Source of the DNA: Dissulfurispiraceae bacterium
GTDB lineage: Bacteria; Nitrospirota; Thermodesulfovibrionia; Thermodesulfovibrionales; Dissulfurispiraceae
Length of the DNA stretch: 45,430 nucleotides
Reading direction: 5' to 3'
NCBI GenBank assembly: GCA_050011415.1
Contig: JBEKJD010000001.1
Coordinates: 1 to 45,430, forward strand
The notes under the pieces were generated by a model. The model was not told the DNA's origin. It ran no database searches and saw only the letters and a program-made list of their open reading frames with translations. The translations under genes and the position numbers were made by a program. Below are positions 1 to 9,289 of this stretch, in pieces. The number at the start of each line of letters is the position of its first letter. The first letter of the stretch is position 1.

Positions 1-888
1 GGCAAGTCCTGCGAGGAGGTCTGCCCGGGGTGCAGCCTGCCGGATATTCACATCGGAGATCGCATCGATACGGTAATAGTACCTAACCTTTTCGGCCACA
101 AAGACCGGTATTTTCAGATAACTACGGCGCCTGTCAAAGGTGATGACGGCGAGTTGCACGGTTACATACGTCTTATACAGGACGTGACGGAAATAAAAAA
201 GATGGAGGAGCAGATAATCCATTCTGAAAAGCTCGCCTCTATCGGCAGGCTTGCCGCAGGGATCGCCCATGAAATCGGGAACCCGCTTACGTCCATATTT
301 TCATTTGTACAAATTCTCAGGGAAATGGAAGACGGCGACGAATTCAAACGCGAGAGCCTCGAAACGATATCATTTCACGTCAACAGGATTTCCGGGATAT
401 TGAAACAGCTCTCCGGCTTCACTAAAATGCCGGCGGGAGAGTTAAAACAATGCTCAGTCAACGACACCATTGATACCGCCTTAAACCTGATACAGTACGA
501 CAAGAAAGCAAAAGGCATCTCTATCGTAAAAGTGCTGTCCCCGGACCTGCCGGAGATTGTCACTGACGCCAACCAGTTGTCGCAGGTCTTTGTCAACCTT
601 ATACTCAACGCGATTGACGCCATGCCGGGCGGCGGGACTCTTACGGTAACGAGTATTGCACGTGACAGTGTCATTGCAATACAATTCCAGGATACCGGAG
701 CCGGCATCCCGAAAGAGGATATCAACAAAATATTCGATCCATTTTACACAACCAAGGAGAAAGGGACCGGACTGGGACTGGCTGTGAGTTATAATATAAT
801 AAAGAAGATGAACGGATTGCTGACAGTTGAAAGCGAGGAAGGCAAGGGGACCACATTTAACATAGTGTTGCCGGCGGAGAGGTTATGA
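1..888 (+). CDS. sensor histidine kinase, 5'-partial (runs off the window start)
   Basis: Frame 1 is open from base 1 to the TGA at 886-888. H-box HSEKLASIGRLAAGIAHEIGNPL, N-box NLILNAIDAM, G1 DTGAGI and G2 GTGLGLAV indicate HisKA + HATPase_c. The visible N-terminal part carries a C-x3-C-x2-C motif (SCEEVCPGC). The stop overlaps the next start (ATGA). Confidence 0.9.
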   Translation, partial: GKSCEEVCPGCSLPDIHIGDRIDTVIVPNLFGHKDRYFQITTAPVKGDDGELHGYIRLIQDVTEIKKMEEQIIHSEKLASIGRLAAGIAHEIGNPLTSIFSFVQILREMEDGDEFKRESLETISFHVNRISGILKQLSGFTKMPAGELKQCSVNDTIDTALNLIQYDKKAKGISIVKVLSPDLPEIVTDANQLSQVFVNLILNAIDAMPGGGTLTVTSIARDSVIAIQFQDTGAGIPKEDINKIFDPFYTTKEKGTGLGLAVSYNIIKKMNGLLTVESEEGKGTTFNIVLPAERL

Positions 889-2240
889 AACTGAGAATCC
901 TGGTAGTGGACGACGAGCCTGACATATGCAAGGCACTGCTATTTCTGCTTAACCGTGAAGGCTATTCCGTAGCTGCGGCAAACAGCGGCGAGCAGGCGCT
1001 GGAAAAACTAAAGGAAGAACATTTTGATGTGGTGCTAACTGATCTGAAGATGGGTCAGACCGATGGCATGGCGGTGCTCGAAAAAACAAGGGAGACATCT
1101 CCCAGTACGGCTGTTATCATGATGACAGCCTTTGCCTCTGTTGAGTCTGCTATTGAGGCAATGAAAAAAGGAGCGGCTGATTATATAGTAAAGCCTTTCC
1201 ATAATGAAGAAATCAAACTCACCATCAGGAGGATCCTGGAGCAGAAACGCCTGGTTACCGAAAATATTGCCCTCAAACAGCAGATCAGCCAACGCCTGAC
1301 GCACAAAGATGTTGTTGCAAGCTCTGCGTCAATGCTGAAGATATTTGATACTATTGAAAAAGTAAGCCTCACAAAGAGCAATATTTTAATACTGGGCGAA
1401 AGCGGCACCGGGAAAGGACTTATCGCTGAAATAATTCATTCCAACAGCCCCAGGCGTGGCGAACCGTTCATTTCGATAAACTGCTCCGCCATCCCCGAAG
1501 GACTGCTGGAATCCGAGCTTTTCGGTTACAGAAAAGGGGCTTTTACCGGGGCCGTTTCCGACAAAATCGGGCTTATCCCCCTTGCCCACAAGGGCACTTT
1601 TTTCCTTGATGAAATAGGTGACATGCCTGTTGCCTTACAATCAAAACTCCTTAAAGTCCTGGAGACTGGAGAAGTCTCCCCGCTTGGCGATACGAAGCCA
1701 AGGCTGGTCGACGTCCGAATTATCGCTGCTACCAATGCTGATATCGAGAACAAAATCGCAGAGGGAAAGTTCAGGAAAGACCTTTACTGGAGGCTCAATG
1801 TCATTGAAATAAAAGTTCCGCCGCTGCGCGAGAGAAAGGACGATGTCGAACTCCTGTGCAGGCATTTTACAGGGAAATTTGCTGGAGAACACAATAAGAA
1901 TGTCAGCGGCATTGATAGTCAGGCACTTGCCGTGCTGATTGATTATTCCTGGCCTGGAAATGTGAGGGAACTAAGCAACGTTATTGAGCGCTCAGTGGTC
2001 CTTGCTGAAGGCATGCACATAACACTCGATGATCTTCCCGACAGGCTGAAGAAAACTGATCATGGTCAGGACCAGGAGACCTCTCCCCTGAAGGCTCATC
2101 TCGGCGAGTGCGAGAGAAGCCTGATTGTGAAAGCGTATGTCGACCACAATAAAAATAAGGATGAAACCGCCAAATCTCTCGGGGTTGACCTGGCAACGCT
2201 TTACAGGAAACTAAAGAAATACGGTATAGAGGCCGAATGA
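885..2240 (+). CDS. sigma-54-dependent response regulator (NtrC/AtoC family: REC + AAA+ + Fis-type HTH)
   Basis: The receiver domain has VVDDEP and DLKMGQTDG. Walker A is GESGTGKG. The sigma-54 contact loop GAFTGA is present (RKGAFTGAV). The C-terminal HTH is ETAKSLGVDLATLYRKLKKYGI. Translationally coupled to the kinase. Confidence 0.95.
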   Translation: MKLRILVVDDEPDICKALLFLLNREGYSVAAANSGEQALEKLKEEHFDVVLTDLKMGQTDGMAVLEKTRETSPSTAVIMMTAFASVESAIEAMKKGAADYIVKPFHNEEIKLTIRRILEQKRLVTENIALKQQISQRLTHKDVVASSASMLKIFDTIEKVSLTKSNILILGESGTGKGLIAEIIHSNSPRRGEPFISINCSAIPEGLLESELFGYRKGAFTGAVSDKIGLIPLAHKGTFFLDEIGDMPVALQSKLLKVLETGEVSPLGDTKPRLVDVRIIAATNADIENKIAEGKFRKDLYWRLNVIEIKVPPLRERKDDVELLCRHFTGKFAGEHNKNVSGIDSQALAVLIDYSWPGNVRELSNVIERSVVLAEGMHITLDDLPDRLKKTDHGQDQETSPLKAHLGECERSLIVKAYVDHNKNKDETAKSLGVDLATLYRKLKKYGIEAE

Positions 2241-2253
2241 AAAAAACGCTATA

Positions 2254-2541
2254 ATGAAAAAGGCCTTTTATATAGGAGCGGTTGCCGGCGGTCTTCTCGG
2301 TATCATAATTTCATTGAGCATGGATTTACTGCTCGGCAATACACTGGGCGGCGGGTGGAGCGAGGCGGTTGCTCACGATCTGAACAACATTTTCAGGACC
2401 AACCTGCCGCAATACCATGTGATTGTTATACTGGGAGTGTTCGTCGTTATCGGCATCATTGCCTCTATCGGGTCTTTTATCGGCGGCGTCTTCAGCGTAA
2501 TGATCGCCCGCCTCTTCCTCATGCTCACTAAAGGAAAATAA
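2254..2541 (+). CDS. small hydrophobic membrane protein (about 3 TM segments), unknown function
   Basis: 95-aa ORF, Gly/Ile/Leu rich with three hydrophobic stretches, 13 nt after the regulator stop. No clear Shine-Dalgarno sequence and no family recognised. Confidence 0.5.
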   Translation: MKKAFYIGAVAGGLLGIIISLSMDLLLGNTLGGGWSEAVAHDLNNIFRTNLPQYHVIVILGVFVVIGIIASIGSFIGGVFSVMIARLFLMLTKGK

Positions 2542-2548
2542 AAAAATT

Positions 2549-2651
2549 GGAGTTGAGAAGATGGGAAGCTGCGAAGGTGAGCAAAAAGTTGAGTAATGAG
2601 CAACACACTTGAAAAGCTCGCAGCTTCACAAGTTCTCAGCTTCTCAACTTC
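2549..2651. repeat. cluster of inverted repeats between convergent genes
   Basis: AGTTGAGAAG (2551-2560) pairs with CTTCTCAACT (2641-2650). GGAAGCTGCGA (2564-2574) pairs with TCGCAGCTTC (2618-2627). A second AGTTGAG copy lies at 2587-2593. Located between the + membrane gene and the 3' end of ispF (the right arm overlaps the ispF stop region). Confidence 0.5.
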
Positions 2652-3138
2652 TTTCTTTTAAGAGGCACACCGCCTGTGCAGCGATACCTTCCGCCCGGCC
2701 TATAAAACCCATCCCTTCGTTGGTCTTTGCCTTGATATTGATAATGGAGGATGCGATGCCCGCCCCGGAAAAAGCTGCTTTCATTGAATCCATAAAAGGG
2801 GCCAGCCTGGGTCTTTCTGCGATGACAACAGCGTCTATCCATGCGACTTCATAGCCGCGGGAATGCAAGAGCTCTAAAATGTGCCGCAAAAGAAGCATAC
2901 TTGAGGCATCTTTCCACCGCTCTTCCGTATCCGGGAAGTGTCTTCCTATATCGCCCTCCCCAAGCGCACCGATAACCGAATCAATGACGGCATGACAGAG
3001 GACATCACCGTCGGAATGGCCCATGAGGCCTTTTTCAAAAGGGATATCCACACCGCCGATAACCAGTCGCCTGCCTTCAACAAGCCGGTGAGAGTCATAT
3101 CCAATACCAATCCTGGAATATACAGGGACATCTCCCAT
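2644..3138 (-). CDS. ispF: 2-C-methyl-D-erythritol 2,4-cyclodiphosphate synthase
   Basis: RIGIGYDSHRL...GHSDGDVLCHAVIDSVIGALGEGDIGRHFPD is the IspF zinc/substrate signature. Length is 164 aa. The start abuts the ispD stop (TAAATG). Confidence 0.95.
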   Translation of the reverse strand: MGDVPVYSRIGIGYDSHRLVEGRRLVIGGVDIPFEKGLMGHSDGDVLCHAVIDSVIGALGEGDIGRHFPDTEERWKDASSMLLLRHILELLHSRGYEVAWIDAVVIAERPRLAPFMDSMKAAFSGAGIASSIINIKAKTNEGMGFIGRAEGIAAQAVCLLKERS

Positions 3139-3927
3139 TTAAGTACCTCCCTTCACTTTTAAACAGGAGGTGTCCCTGTTTATTTTTAAATACAGGGTCT
3201 CTGCAATGTTGATGTCTTCCAGTGTGGTGATCTTTAAATTCATATAGGACCCCTGAACAATACCGACAATCCCACCGTAACGTTCAACCAGGGCAGCATC
3301 GTCAGTTGCATAAAACCCTTCCTTGTGCGCCTTCCGGTGCGCTTCCATGATCTTTGCATAATGAAACGTCTGCGGCGTCTGGATCGCCCACAGGACGTTG
3401 CGATTCAGTGTGCTTTGAACGATAAGACCATCTTCCCGCCCCGAATTAGACGGGCCCTTTGCCCCGCTTGAGGCGGGCCCTTTGCCTTTCACCTCTTTTA
3501 TAGTATCCTTCACCGGGACAGCGGCGACAACCCCATCAACTCCCTCCAGTGCCATTATGCTCTTTTTAATCAACAAGCTGTCCACCAGGGGTCTCGCGCC
3601 ATCATGAATCACGACTATAGAGGTATCTTTATCAAGTGTTCCAAGCCCTTTATACACTGAATCCTGCCGCTCGGCGCCTCCTGGAACAATGCGCCTTGTC
3701 TTGGTGATCGAATAACGTTCCACCAGATCAGCGGCAACCTTCAGATCGTCTTCCTTGACTACAAGGACAATTTCGCTGATTTCCACAACAGCCTGGACCG
3801 CCTGAAGCGCCCAGACAACCAGCGGTTTTCCCAAAAGCTCATACAAAGGCTTGTTTTCGCCGGCGACAAAACGTCTGCCGAGCCCGGCAGCAGGAATAAT
3901 CGCAGCAATTTTGTTCTTATCAGCCAC
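3139..3927 (-). CDS. ispD: 2-C-methyl-D-erythritol 4-phosphate cytidylyltransferase, with a low-complexity insert
   Basis: N-terminal AAIIPAAGLGRRF, and QTPQTF near the C-terminal half. Contains an extra Gly/Ser/Lys-rich segment, KGKGPASSGAKGPSNSGREDG. Confidence 0.9.
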   Translation of the reverse strand: MADKNKIAAIIPAAGLGRRFVAGENKPLYELLGKPLVVWALQAVQAVVEISEIVLVVKEDDLKVAADLVERYSITKTRRIVPGGAERQDSVYKGLGTLDKDTSIVVIHDGARPLVDSLLIKKSIMALEGVDGVVAAVPVKDTIKEVKGKGPASSGAKGPSNSGREDGLIVQSTLNRNVLWAIQTPQTFHYAKIMEAHRKAHKEGFYATDDAALVERYGGIVGIVQGSYMNLKITTLEDINIAETLYLKINRDTSCLKVKGGT

Positions 3928-3944
3928 GACGACTTACACTCTTC

Positions 3945-4928
3945 TTATTCATCTTCCTTCATTTTAGCAAATATCATCCTTCCCGCAGTCGTCTGCAAAA
4001 CACTCGTGACTACTACCTCAACATTCTTTCCTATAAGCTTTCTGGCATTCTCAATTACTACCATAGTGCCGTCATCGAGGTAGGCCACCCCCTGGTTGTA
4101 TTCCTTCCCCTCTTTTACTATAAAGAGGCTCAAAGTCTCGCCGGGGAGCACCACCGGCTTGAGCACATTTGCCAGTTCGTTGATATTCAATACGGTCACG
4201 CCCTGCAGTTGCGCTACCTTGTTCAAATTAAAATCATTGGTTATGATCTTGCCGTTCATCAGCCGCGCGAGGGAAATAAGTTTTGCATCAACCTCTTTTA
4301 TCTTCGGGAAATCCTCCTCGACGATCCTGACCTTTATATCCGACATCTTCTGAATACGGTGCAGGACGTCAAGTCCGCGCCTTCCCTTTGACCTCCTCAT
4401 GGGGTCCGGGGAATCGGCGATGTACTGAAGTTCCTGAAGTATGAACTGGGCAATAATGAACGTGCCGTCAAGAAAGCCGGCTTCGATAACATCTGCTATG
4501 CGGCCGTCGATGATCACGCTGGTATCAAGGATCTTCAGCCCCTCCTCGAGTTCCTGTCCTTTAAACAGCCTCATGATTGCGGGAATAGTAAGATTCTTTC
4601 CCCTGTAAAGCCCGACAAACAGCCCGCCGTAACCGAGTATCCCATTCAGGGCAAATGCGGACAAGGTCCAGTTTTCCCCCAGAATAATTGAGTGAAGAGG
4701 GAACAGAAGAAGATTGGCGAACAAAAGCCCGGTTGCCAGTCCGAACAGTCCCCCGAGCACTGACCCGAAAGAGACTTTGCGCAGCTTCATCTCGACAACA
4801 ACGGTAATAAAACCCAGAAAAATTCCGCTGATTAATCCCTGGGCAATAAAGCCATATTTCAAACCGTAAAAATATCCTGCCAGTAAAAAAACAGCAATTA
4901 TAATGATACGTGCAATCAGTGTAGACAT
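3945..4928 (-). CDS. membrane-anchored PIN + TRAM domain protein (YacL-like)
   Basis: About 120 aa of N-terminal TM segments, then a PIN-like core ([12 protein letters not shown]...ITNDFNL) and a C-terminal TRAM-like barrel ([14 protein letters not shown]...[11 protein letters not shown]). Sits upstream of ispD/ispF as yacL does in Firmicutes. SD AGGGGGTG. Confidence 0.8.
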   Translation of the reverse strand: MSTLIARIIIIAVFLLAGYFYGLKYGFIAQGLISGIFLGFITVVVEMKLRKVSFGSVLGGLFGLATGLLFANLLLFPLHSIILGENWTLSAFALNGILGYGGLFVGLYRGKNLTIPAIMRLFKGQELEEGLKILDTSVIIDGRIADVIEAGFLDGTFIIAQFILQELQYIADSPDPMRRSKGRRGLDVLHRIQKMSDIKVRIVEEDFPKIKEVDAKLISLARLMNGKIITNDFNLNKVAQLQGVTVLNINELANVLKPVVLPGETLSLFIVKEGKEYNQGVAYLDDGTMVVIENARKLIGKNVEVVVTSVLQTTAGRMIFAKMKEDE

Positions 4929-4958
4929 ATGTTCACCCCCTTTCCGAATATAAATACA

Positions 4959-5046
4959 GGTAAAGGTTGAGGTTGAGGTAAAGGGAATAAATCAAAAGAC
5001 TTTCTTTTAATCTCTACCTTAACCTTAACCTTAACCTTAACCTGCC
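4959..5046. repeat. hairpin element built from hexamer tandem repeats
   Basis: Left arm is GGTAAA GGTTGA GGTTGA GGTAAA GGG (4959-4985). Right arm is CCTTAA x4 plus CCTGCC (5017-5046). The arms are near-complementary, with a 31-nt spacer. The element starts 3 nt after the htrA stop. Confidence 0.8.
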
Positions 5047-5049
5047 TTA

Positions 5050-6501
5050 TTACGGCGACAATGAGACGAAAAACTTTTTACCGTTGCGATTGACAAAAAG
5101 CAAGACAGTATCACTGGGCTTTATCCTGGCCGCAGCCCTGTTAAATTCATTCAGGTTCGCAATCTTCTGCCTGTCAAGCTCTTGCACAATATCACCCTTT
5201 TTAAGACCGGCCTCCTCCGCAGGAGAGTCTGGTTCTATTTTGACTAAAATGACTCCCTTCTCGTCCTTTTCAATGCCAAGCTGTTTAATAGCAGCGCGAG
5301 TAACGTCTGCGGCAGCCATCCCGGACAGGGCGTTCTGTCCGGATTCCTGCTTCAAAGATGAGACCTGCAGCGAATCGTCAACGTCAGCCGGAAGTTCGAC
5401 AATATTCACGGCAGTAGCCAGTACCTTATCTCTTCTCAGCAATTTCACGACGGCCTGCACACCAACCCGGCTCTGGGCAACCATATTTCTGAGCACACCT
5501 ACATCGGTGACTTCCTTCCCATCAAATTCAAGGATGATGTCTCCCCTCATTATGCCGGCCCCCTGTGCAGGACTCCCCTGTGCAACGTCACTGACAAGGG
5601 CGCCCTCCGAGAGTTTAAGTCCAAACTTCTGGGCCAGCTCCGGCGTGAGATCCTGGATCGTGACGCCTATCCAGCCGCGGACCACCCTGCCCTTTTTCAG
5701 GAGCTGGTCCATAACGAGGCGGACCATATTGCTCGGCACGGCGAAGCCGATGCCCTGATAGCCGCCTGTTTTTGAGAAAATTGCAGTATTAATTCCTATC
5801 AAATCGCCTTTTATATTGACCAGAGGTCCGCCGGAATTGCCGGGATTTATAGCGGCATCCGTCTGAATAAAATTTTCATAATCTGCAATGCCGACATCCG
5901 CACGCCCGAGTGCGCTTATGATGCCCATTGTAACTGTATGACTCAAGGCAAAAGGATTCCCGATGGCAAGAACAAATTCACCAACCTGCAGTTTGTCGGA
6001 ATCCCCCCAGGGGACCACAGGGAGATCTCTTGCGCTGATCCGTATGACCGCAAGATCGGTTTTTGGATCTGATCCAATAATTTTTGCTCTGAAACTCCTC
6101 TTGTCAAAAAGGATGACCTTTATCTCATCCGACTGCTCAACCACATGGTAATTGGTGATTATGTAGCCATCGGGAGAGACAATAACTCCGGAGCCGAGGC
6201 TTTGCTCTTTCCATTTTTTCGCGCCGCTGTCAGGAAAGGGATACAGGAAATCAAAGAAATCGTCAAAAGGAGACGGTTGTTTCTTTAGCGTCTTAATACT
6301 TGAAATATTTACAACCGCAGGCGAAACAGCCCTTACTATCTCGGAAAAACCTCGCGATGTATCGGTTACCGGGGCAGGCACCCTGGGTGTAAACGGCATA
6401 TACGACGGAGCGACGCTCCTGATCAAAAAATGGTAGGTGACGCCGCCAAGCAGAAATCCTGTCAACAGTAGCACCGGTATCCACAACAGAGGTTTTTTCA
6501 T
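5050..6501 (-). CDS. htrA: periplasmic serine endoprotease, DegP/DegQ/HtrA family with two PDZ domains
   Basis: Signal/anchor MKKPLLWIPVLLLTGFLLGG. Catalytic His (ITNYHVV), Asp (DLAVIRI) and Ser (GNSGGPLVN). Two PDZ-like segments follow (GWIGVTIQDL... and GVILVKIEPDSPAEEAGLKKGDI). Confidence 0.95.
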   Translation of the reverse strand: MKKPLLWIPVLLLTGFLLGGVTYHFLIRSVAPSYMPFTPRVPAPVTDTSRGFSEIVRAVSPAVVNISSIKTLKKQPSPFDDFFDFLYPFPDSGAKKWKEQSLGSGVIVSPDGYIITNYHVVEQSDEIKVILFDKRSFRAKIIGSDPKTDLAVIRISARDLPVVPWGDSDKLQVGEFVLAIGNPFALSHTVTMGIISALGRADVGIADYENFIQTDAAINPGNSGGPLVNIKGDLIGINTAIFSKTGGYQGIGFAVPSNMVRLVMDQLLKKGRVVRGWIGVTIQDLTPELAQKFGLKLSEGALVSDVAQGSPAQGAGIMRGDIILEFDGKEVTDVGVLRNMVAQSRVGVQAVVKLLRRDKVLATAVNIVELPADVDDSLQVSSLKQESGQNALSGMAAADVTRAAIKQLGIEKDEKGVILVKIEPDSPAEEAGLKKGDIVQELDRQKIANLNEFNRAAARIKPSDTVLLFVNRNGKKFFVSLSP

Positions 6502-6504
6502 GGT

Positions 6505-8430
6505 TTATTTTAACATTAATTTTCTCTGATCCCCAACTCTAAGGGTGATCTTTTTGGAGTCCAGATATTCAACAAAAGGGAGCGCATACTTTCGCGTAGT
6601 CCCGAGCATGTCCCTGAATTCGGCGATAGTCATTTCAGCTTTTCCCTCATAGAACTTCCTGAGCAGGGAGATCATCGTATCGTATTTGTCCCTGGTAATA
6701 TAAAGGGAATCATTTATTCTTACCAGCAGTCCTTCTTTTGTAAGCAGTATGAGGAGGTCATTAAGTTCTTTTTCCCTGATTGACAATTGCCGGGCCAGTT
6801 CATTTTTCAGCGGGGCCTGATATCCCTCTTTGTCCAGTATTGCCAGTATGCCCTGCTTTATCCCTTCATTCGTATTGGAGAGGGCCACGCTGAAGCCGGC
6901 GAGCCGCACTATATCCTTATCTATCACAATCTCATTTATCAGAGCAACGAGGCCGTCGAAAACTTTTTCATCATCTTTCCGTCCAACCCTTATCCTGGCC
7001 CTCAACTCCTCCCTGGGCATGCCCTGTTTTAAAGGATTTTCCTTGTGAAAACGGCCTGCCTCGGCAATTACCGCTTTCCTGAATGCATCGAAGCTGTCCT
7101 GGTGAAAAAGAAGGGCCTGACTTTTAACCAGGACGCCCTCTTTTAAAAGCTGTTTTACCGCTGATTCTATTTCCTGAATATCACCCTGGACCCAACCGAT
7201 AATCTCATCCCCGGAGACCCCTGCAAGCCCGGAGCGCAGCACTTTCATCCCGATCTTGTCCTTCAGTGTCCCATGCCTGAAAACCGCCAGGTCCTCTATC
7301 CCAGCTTTTTTTCTCCTCCGGACAGGAAAGGGATCAAGGATTACACCGCCTCCGATAGTCTCCAGCGGTGAGAACCTCCGAATGATATACCGGTCACCGG
7401 AAAGCGCCACTACCGGCTCTTCAAGGCGGAACTGGCAGTAGCAGGATACACCTGGTTTTACCTCCCCTCGGCCCTCCTCGCTATTGTAAACAATAATCCG
7501 CGCTATGGTCTCGGATGTGCCTGTATAAAAATGGACGCGGTCCCTGCTTTTGACAGCCGGCGAATCTTTCAGTATTTCCAGTTCGGCATCCAGCGCCCGG
7601 GTGGACAGAAGTTTATCAGGATCAACAACAACATCACCCCTATTAAGCGACTCGCGGTCGACACCCTGCAGATTGATCCCTAGCCTCTGCCCTGCATATG
7701 CCTTTTCAGTGCTTCTGCCGTGGGTTTGAAGCCCCCTCACTTTTGTTGTAATTGATGAGGGAAGTATTTCTACGGAACTGTCCAATGTTATGGCTCCGGA
7801 CAGTGCTGTTCCCGTCACCACTGTCCCGAACCCCTTGAGAGTAAATACCCGATCGATGGGCATTCTGAAAAGGCCCCGGATAAGTTTAGGCTGCACTTTG
7901 AGCGCAATGTCCATGATCAGGTCTTTCAGCGTCTCGATATTCAACCCTGTATTCGCAGAGACGGGGATTATATCTGCATGCTCAAGAAAAGTGCCTTTCA
8001 CAAAGCTCCGTATATCGTCGGTTACGAGGCGCAGCCAGTCTTGCTCAACGAGGTCCGCCTTTGTAAGGGCAATTATTCCGGCCTTGATTTTCAGAAGCTC
8101 GCATATGGCGAGATGCTCCCGGCTCTGGGGCATTATTCCTTCATCAGCAGCGATTACCATCAGTACCAGATCAAGGCCCCCTGCGCCTGCAAGCATATTC
8201 TTAATGAGCCGTTCATGACCCGGCACATCAACAATTCCAACAGTAAGGCCATCGGGGTAACTGATACTGGCAAATCCCAGCTCTATGGTAATGCCGCGCT
8301 CTTTCTCTTCTTTAAGCCTGTCGGGATCGATGCCGGTCAGTGCCTTTACAAGAGAACTCTTGCCGTGATCAATATGACCTGCCGTGCCGAGGATAACGCT
8401 TTTGGAATTATGAACGGCGGACAAATTCAT
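6505..8430 (-). CDS. selB: selenocysteine-specific translation elongation factor
   Basis: G-domain [25 protein letters not shown] and TKADL, followed by a long C-terminal extension typical of the SelB winged-helix SECIS-binding part. About 640 aa. I prefer the ATG at 8430 over the TTG at 8433. The 5' end overlaps the hisH 3' end by 23 nt. Confidence 0.9.
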   Translation of the reverse strand: MNLSAVHNSKSVILGTAGHIDHGKSSLVKALTGIDPDRLKEEKERGITIELGFASISYPDGLTVGIVDVPGHERLIKNMLAGAGGLDLVLMVIAADEGIMPQSREHLAICELLKIKAGIIALTKADLVEQDWLRLVTDDIRSFVKGTFLEHADIIPVSANTGLNIETLKDLIMDIALKVQPKLIRGLFRMPIDRVFTLKGFGTVVTGTALSGAITLDSSVEILPSSITTKVRGLQTHGRSTEKAYAGQRLGINLQGVDRESLNRGDVVVDPDKLLSTRALDAELEILKDSPAVKSRDRVHFYTGTSETIARIIVYNSEEGRGEVKPGVSCYCQFRLEEPVVALSGDRYIIRRFSPLETIGGGVILDPFPVRRRKKAGIEDLAVFRHGTLKDKIGMKVLRSGLAGVSGDEIIGWVQGDIQEIESAVKQLLKEGVLVKSQALLFHQDSFDAFRKAVIAEAGRFHKENPLKQGMPREELRARIRVGRKDDEKVFDGLVALINEIVIDKDIVRLAGFSVALSNTNEGIKQGILAILDKEGYQAPLKNELARQLSIREKELNDLLILLTKEGLLVRINDSLYITRDKYDTMISLLRKFYEGKAEMTIAEFRDMLGTTRKYALPFVEYLDSKKITLRVGDQRKLMLK

Positions 8431-9022
8431 CAAAGCCCTTGAGTATCTTCAGGCCCAGTTCCTGGCTCTTTTCAGGGTGAAATTGAGTTGCGAAGATGTT
8501 GTCTTTCCACACCATCGAGACAAAATCAACTCCATAATCAGTCCGTGCGGCAACAACACCTTCATCTTCCGGCACAACGTAATAAGAATGGACAAAGTAG
8601 AAATATGCATTGTCCTGAATGCCGTCAAAAATTGGCGGCTTTCTGAGCAGCCTGGCGGTATTCCATCCCATGTGGGGGATTTTTAGCCTGTCAACCCTGA
8701 ATTTAACGACCTTTCCCCTTAAAACATCCATCCCCCTGCAGAGACCGAACTCTTCTGATTCGGTGAAAAGTATCTGAAGACCGAGGCATATGCCGAGATA
8801 GGGCTTGCCCTTTTCAATCTCTTTCGTGATGCTGTCGAGGAGGCGCAAATCATCCAGGTTGCGCATGCAATCCTTGAAAGCTCCCACGCCCGGCAGCACA
8901 ACACCCTTTGCGTCGGCAATGACCTTGGGGTCAGCGGTTATCCTTGCATCAGCGCCGATCCTTATGAACGCCTTCTCAACACTCCTTATATTCCCCATTC
9001 CATAATCAACAATTGCAATCAC
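8408..9022 (-). CDS. hisH: imidazole glycerol phosphate synthase, glutamine amidotransferase subunit
   Basis: MIAIVDYGMGNIRSV, GVGAF, catalytic LGICLGLQ, HSYY and FHPEKS. Length is 204 aa. SD AAGGAG. Confidence 0.93.
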   Translation of the reverse strand: MIAIVDYGMGNIRSVEKAFIRIGADARITADPKVIADAKGVVLPGVGAFKDCMRNLDDLRLLDSITKEIEKGKPYLGICLGLQILFTESEEFGLCRGMDVLRGKVVKFRVDRLKIPHMGWNTARLLRKPPIFDGIQDNAYFYFVHSYYVVPEDEGVVAARTDYGVDFVSMVWKDNIFATQFHPEKSQELGLKILKGFDEFVRRS

Positions 9023-9222
9023 TTTTCAACTCCTTAAAGTTACAAAAAAGTCGCTGACCTTACCGCTATTTTTAATTATAATATAATTCCAGGATTATTT
9101 TATTCCTATATTCCGGGATATACCGGTGGGTGAAAGGTTCGGACACGTAAACTGTTATGCCCGAGGTTCTTAATCGGGCATCCAGACGTCCATTCACAAA
9201 GAGAGCTTTATAAAAATTTAAT

Positions 9223-9262
9223 GAGAAAAATGAAGAGGCCCCGTCATGTTGGGGCCTCTTCA
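9223..9262 (-). terminator. rho-independent terminator of hcp
   Basis: 12-bp stem TGAAGAGGCCCC (9231-9242) / GGGGCCTCTTCA (9251-9262) with an 8-nt loop. On the minus strand it is followed by ATTTTTCTC. Lies 28 nt after the hcp stop. Confidence 0.85.
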
Positions 9263-9289
9263 TTGATGTTTCTTCAGGTCCGTTTTAAA

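Noticed and set aside
9072-9263. 63-aa minus-strand ORF between hcp and hisH.
   Set aside because: Its start lies inside the hcp terminator hairpin, there is no SD, and the sequence is AT-rich intergenic. It is most likely non-coding.
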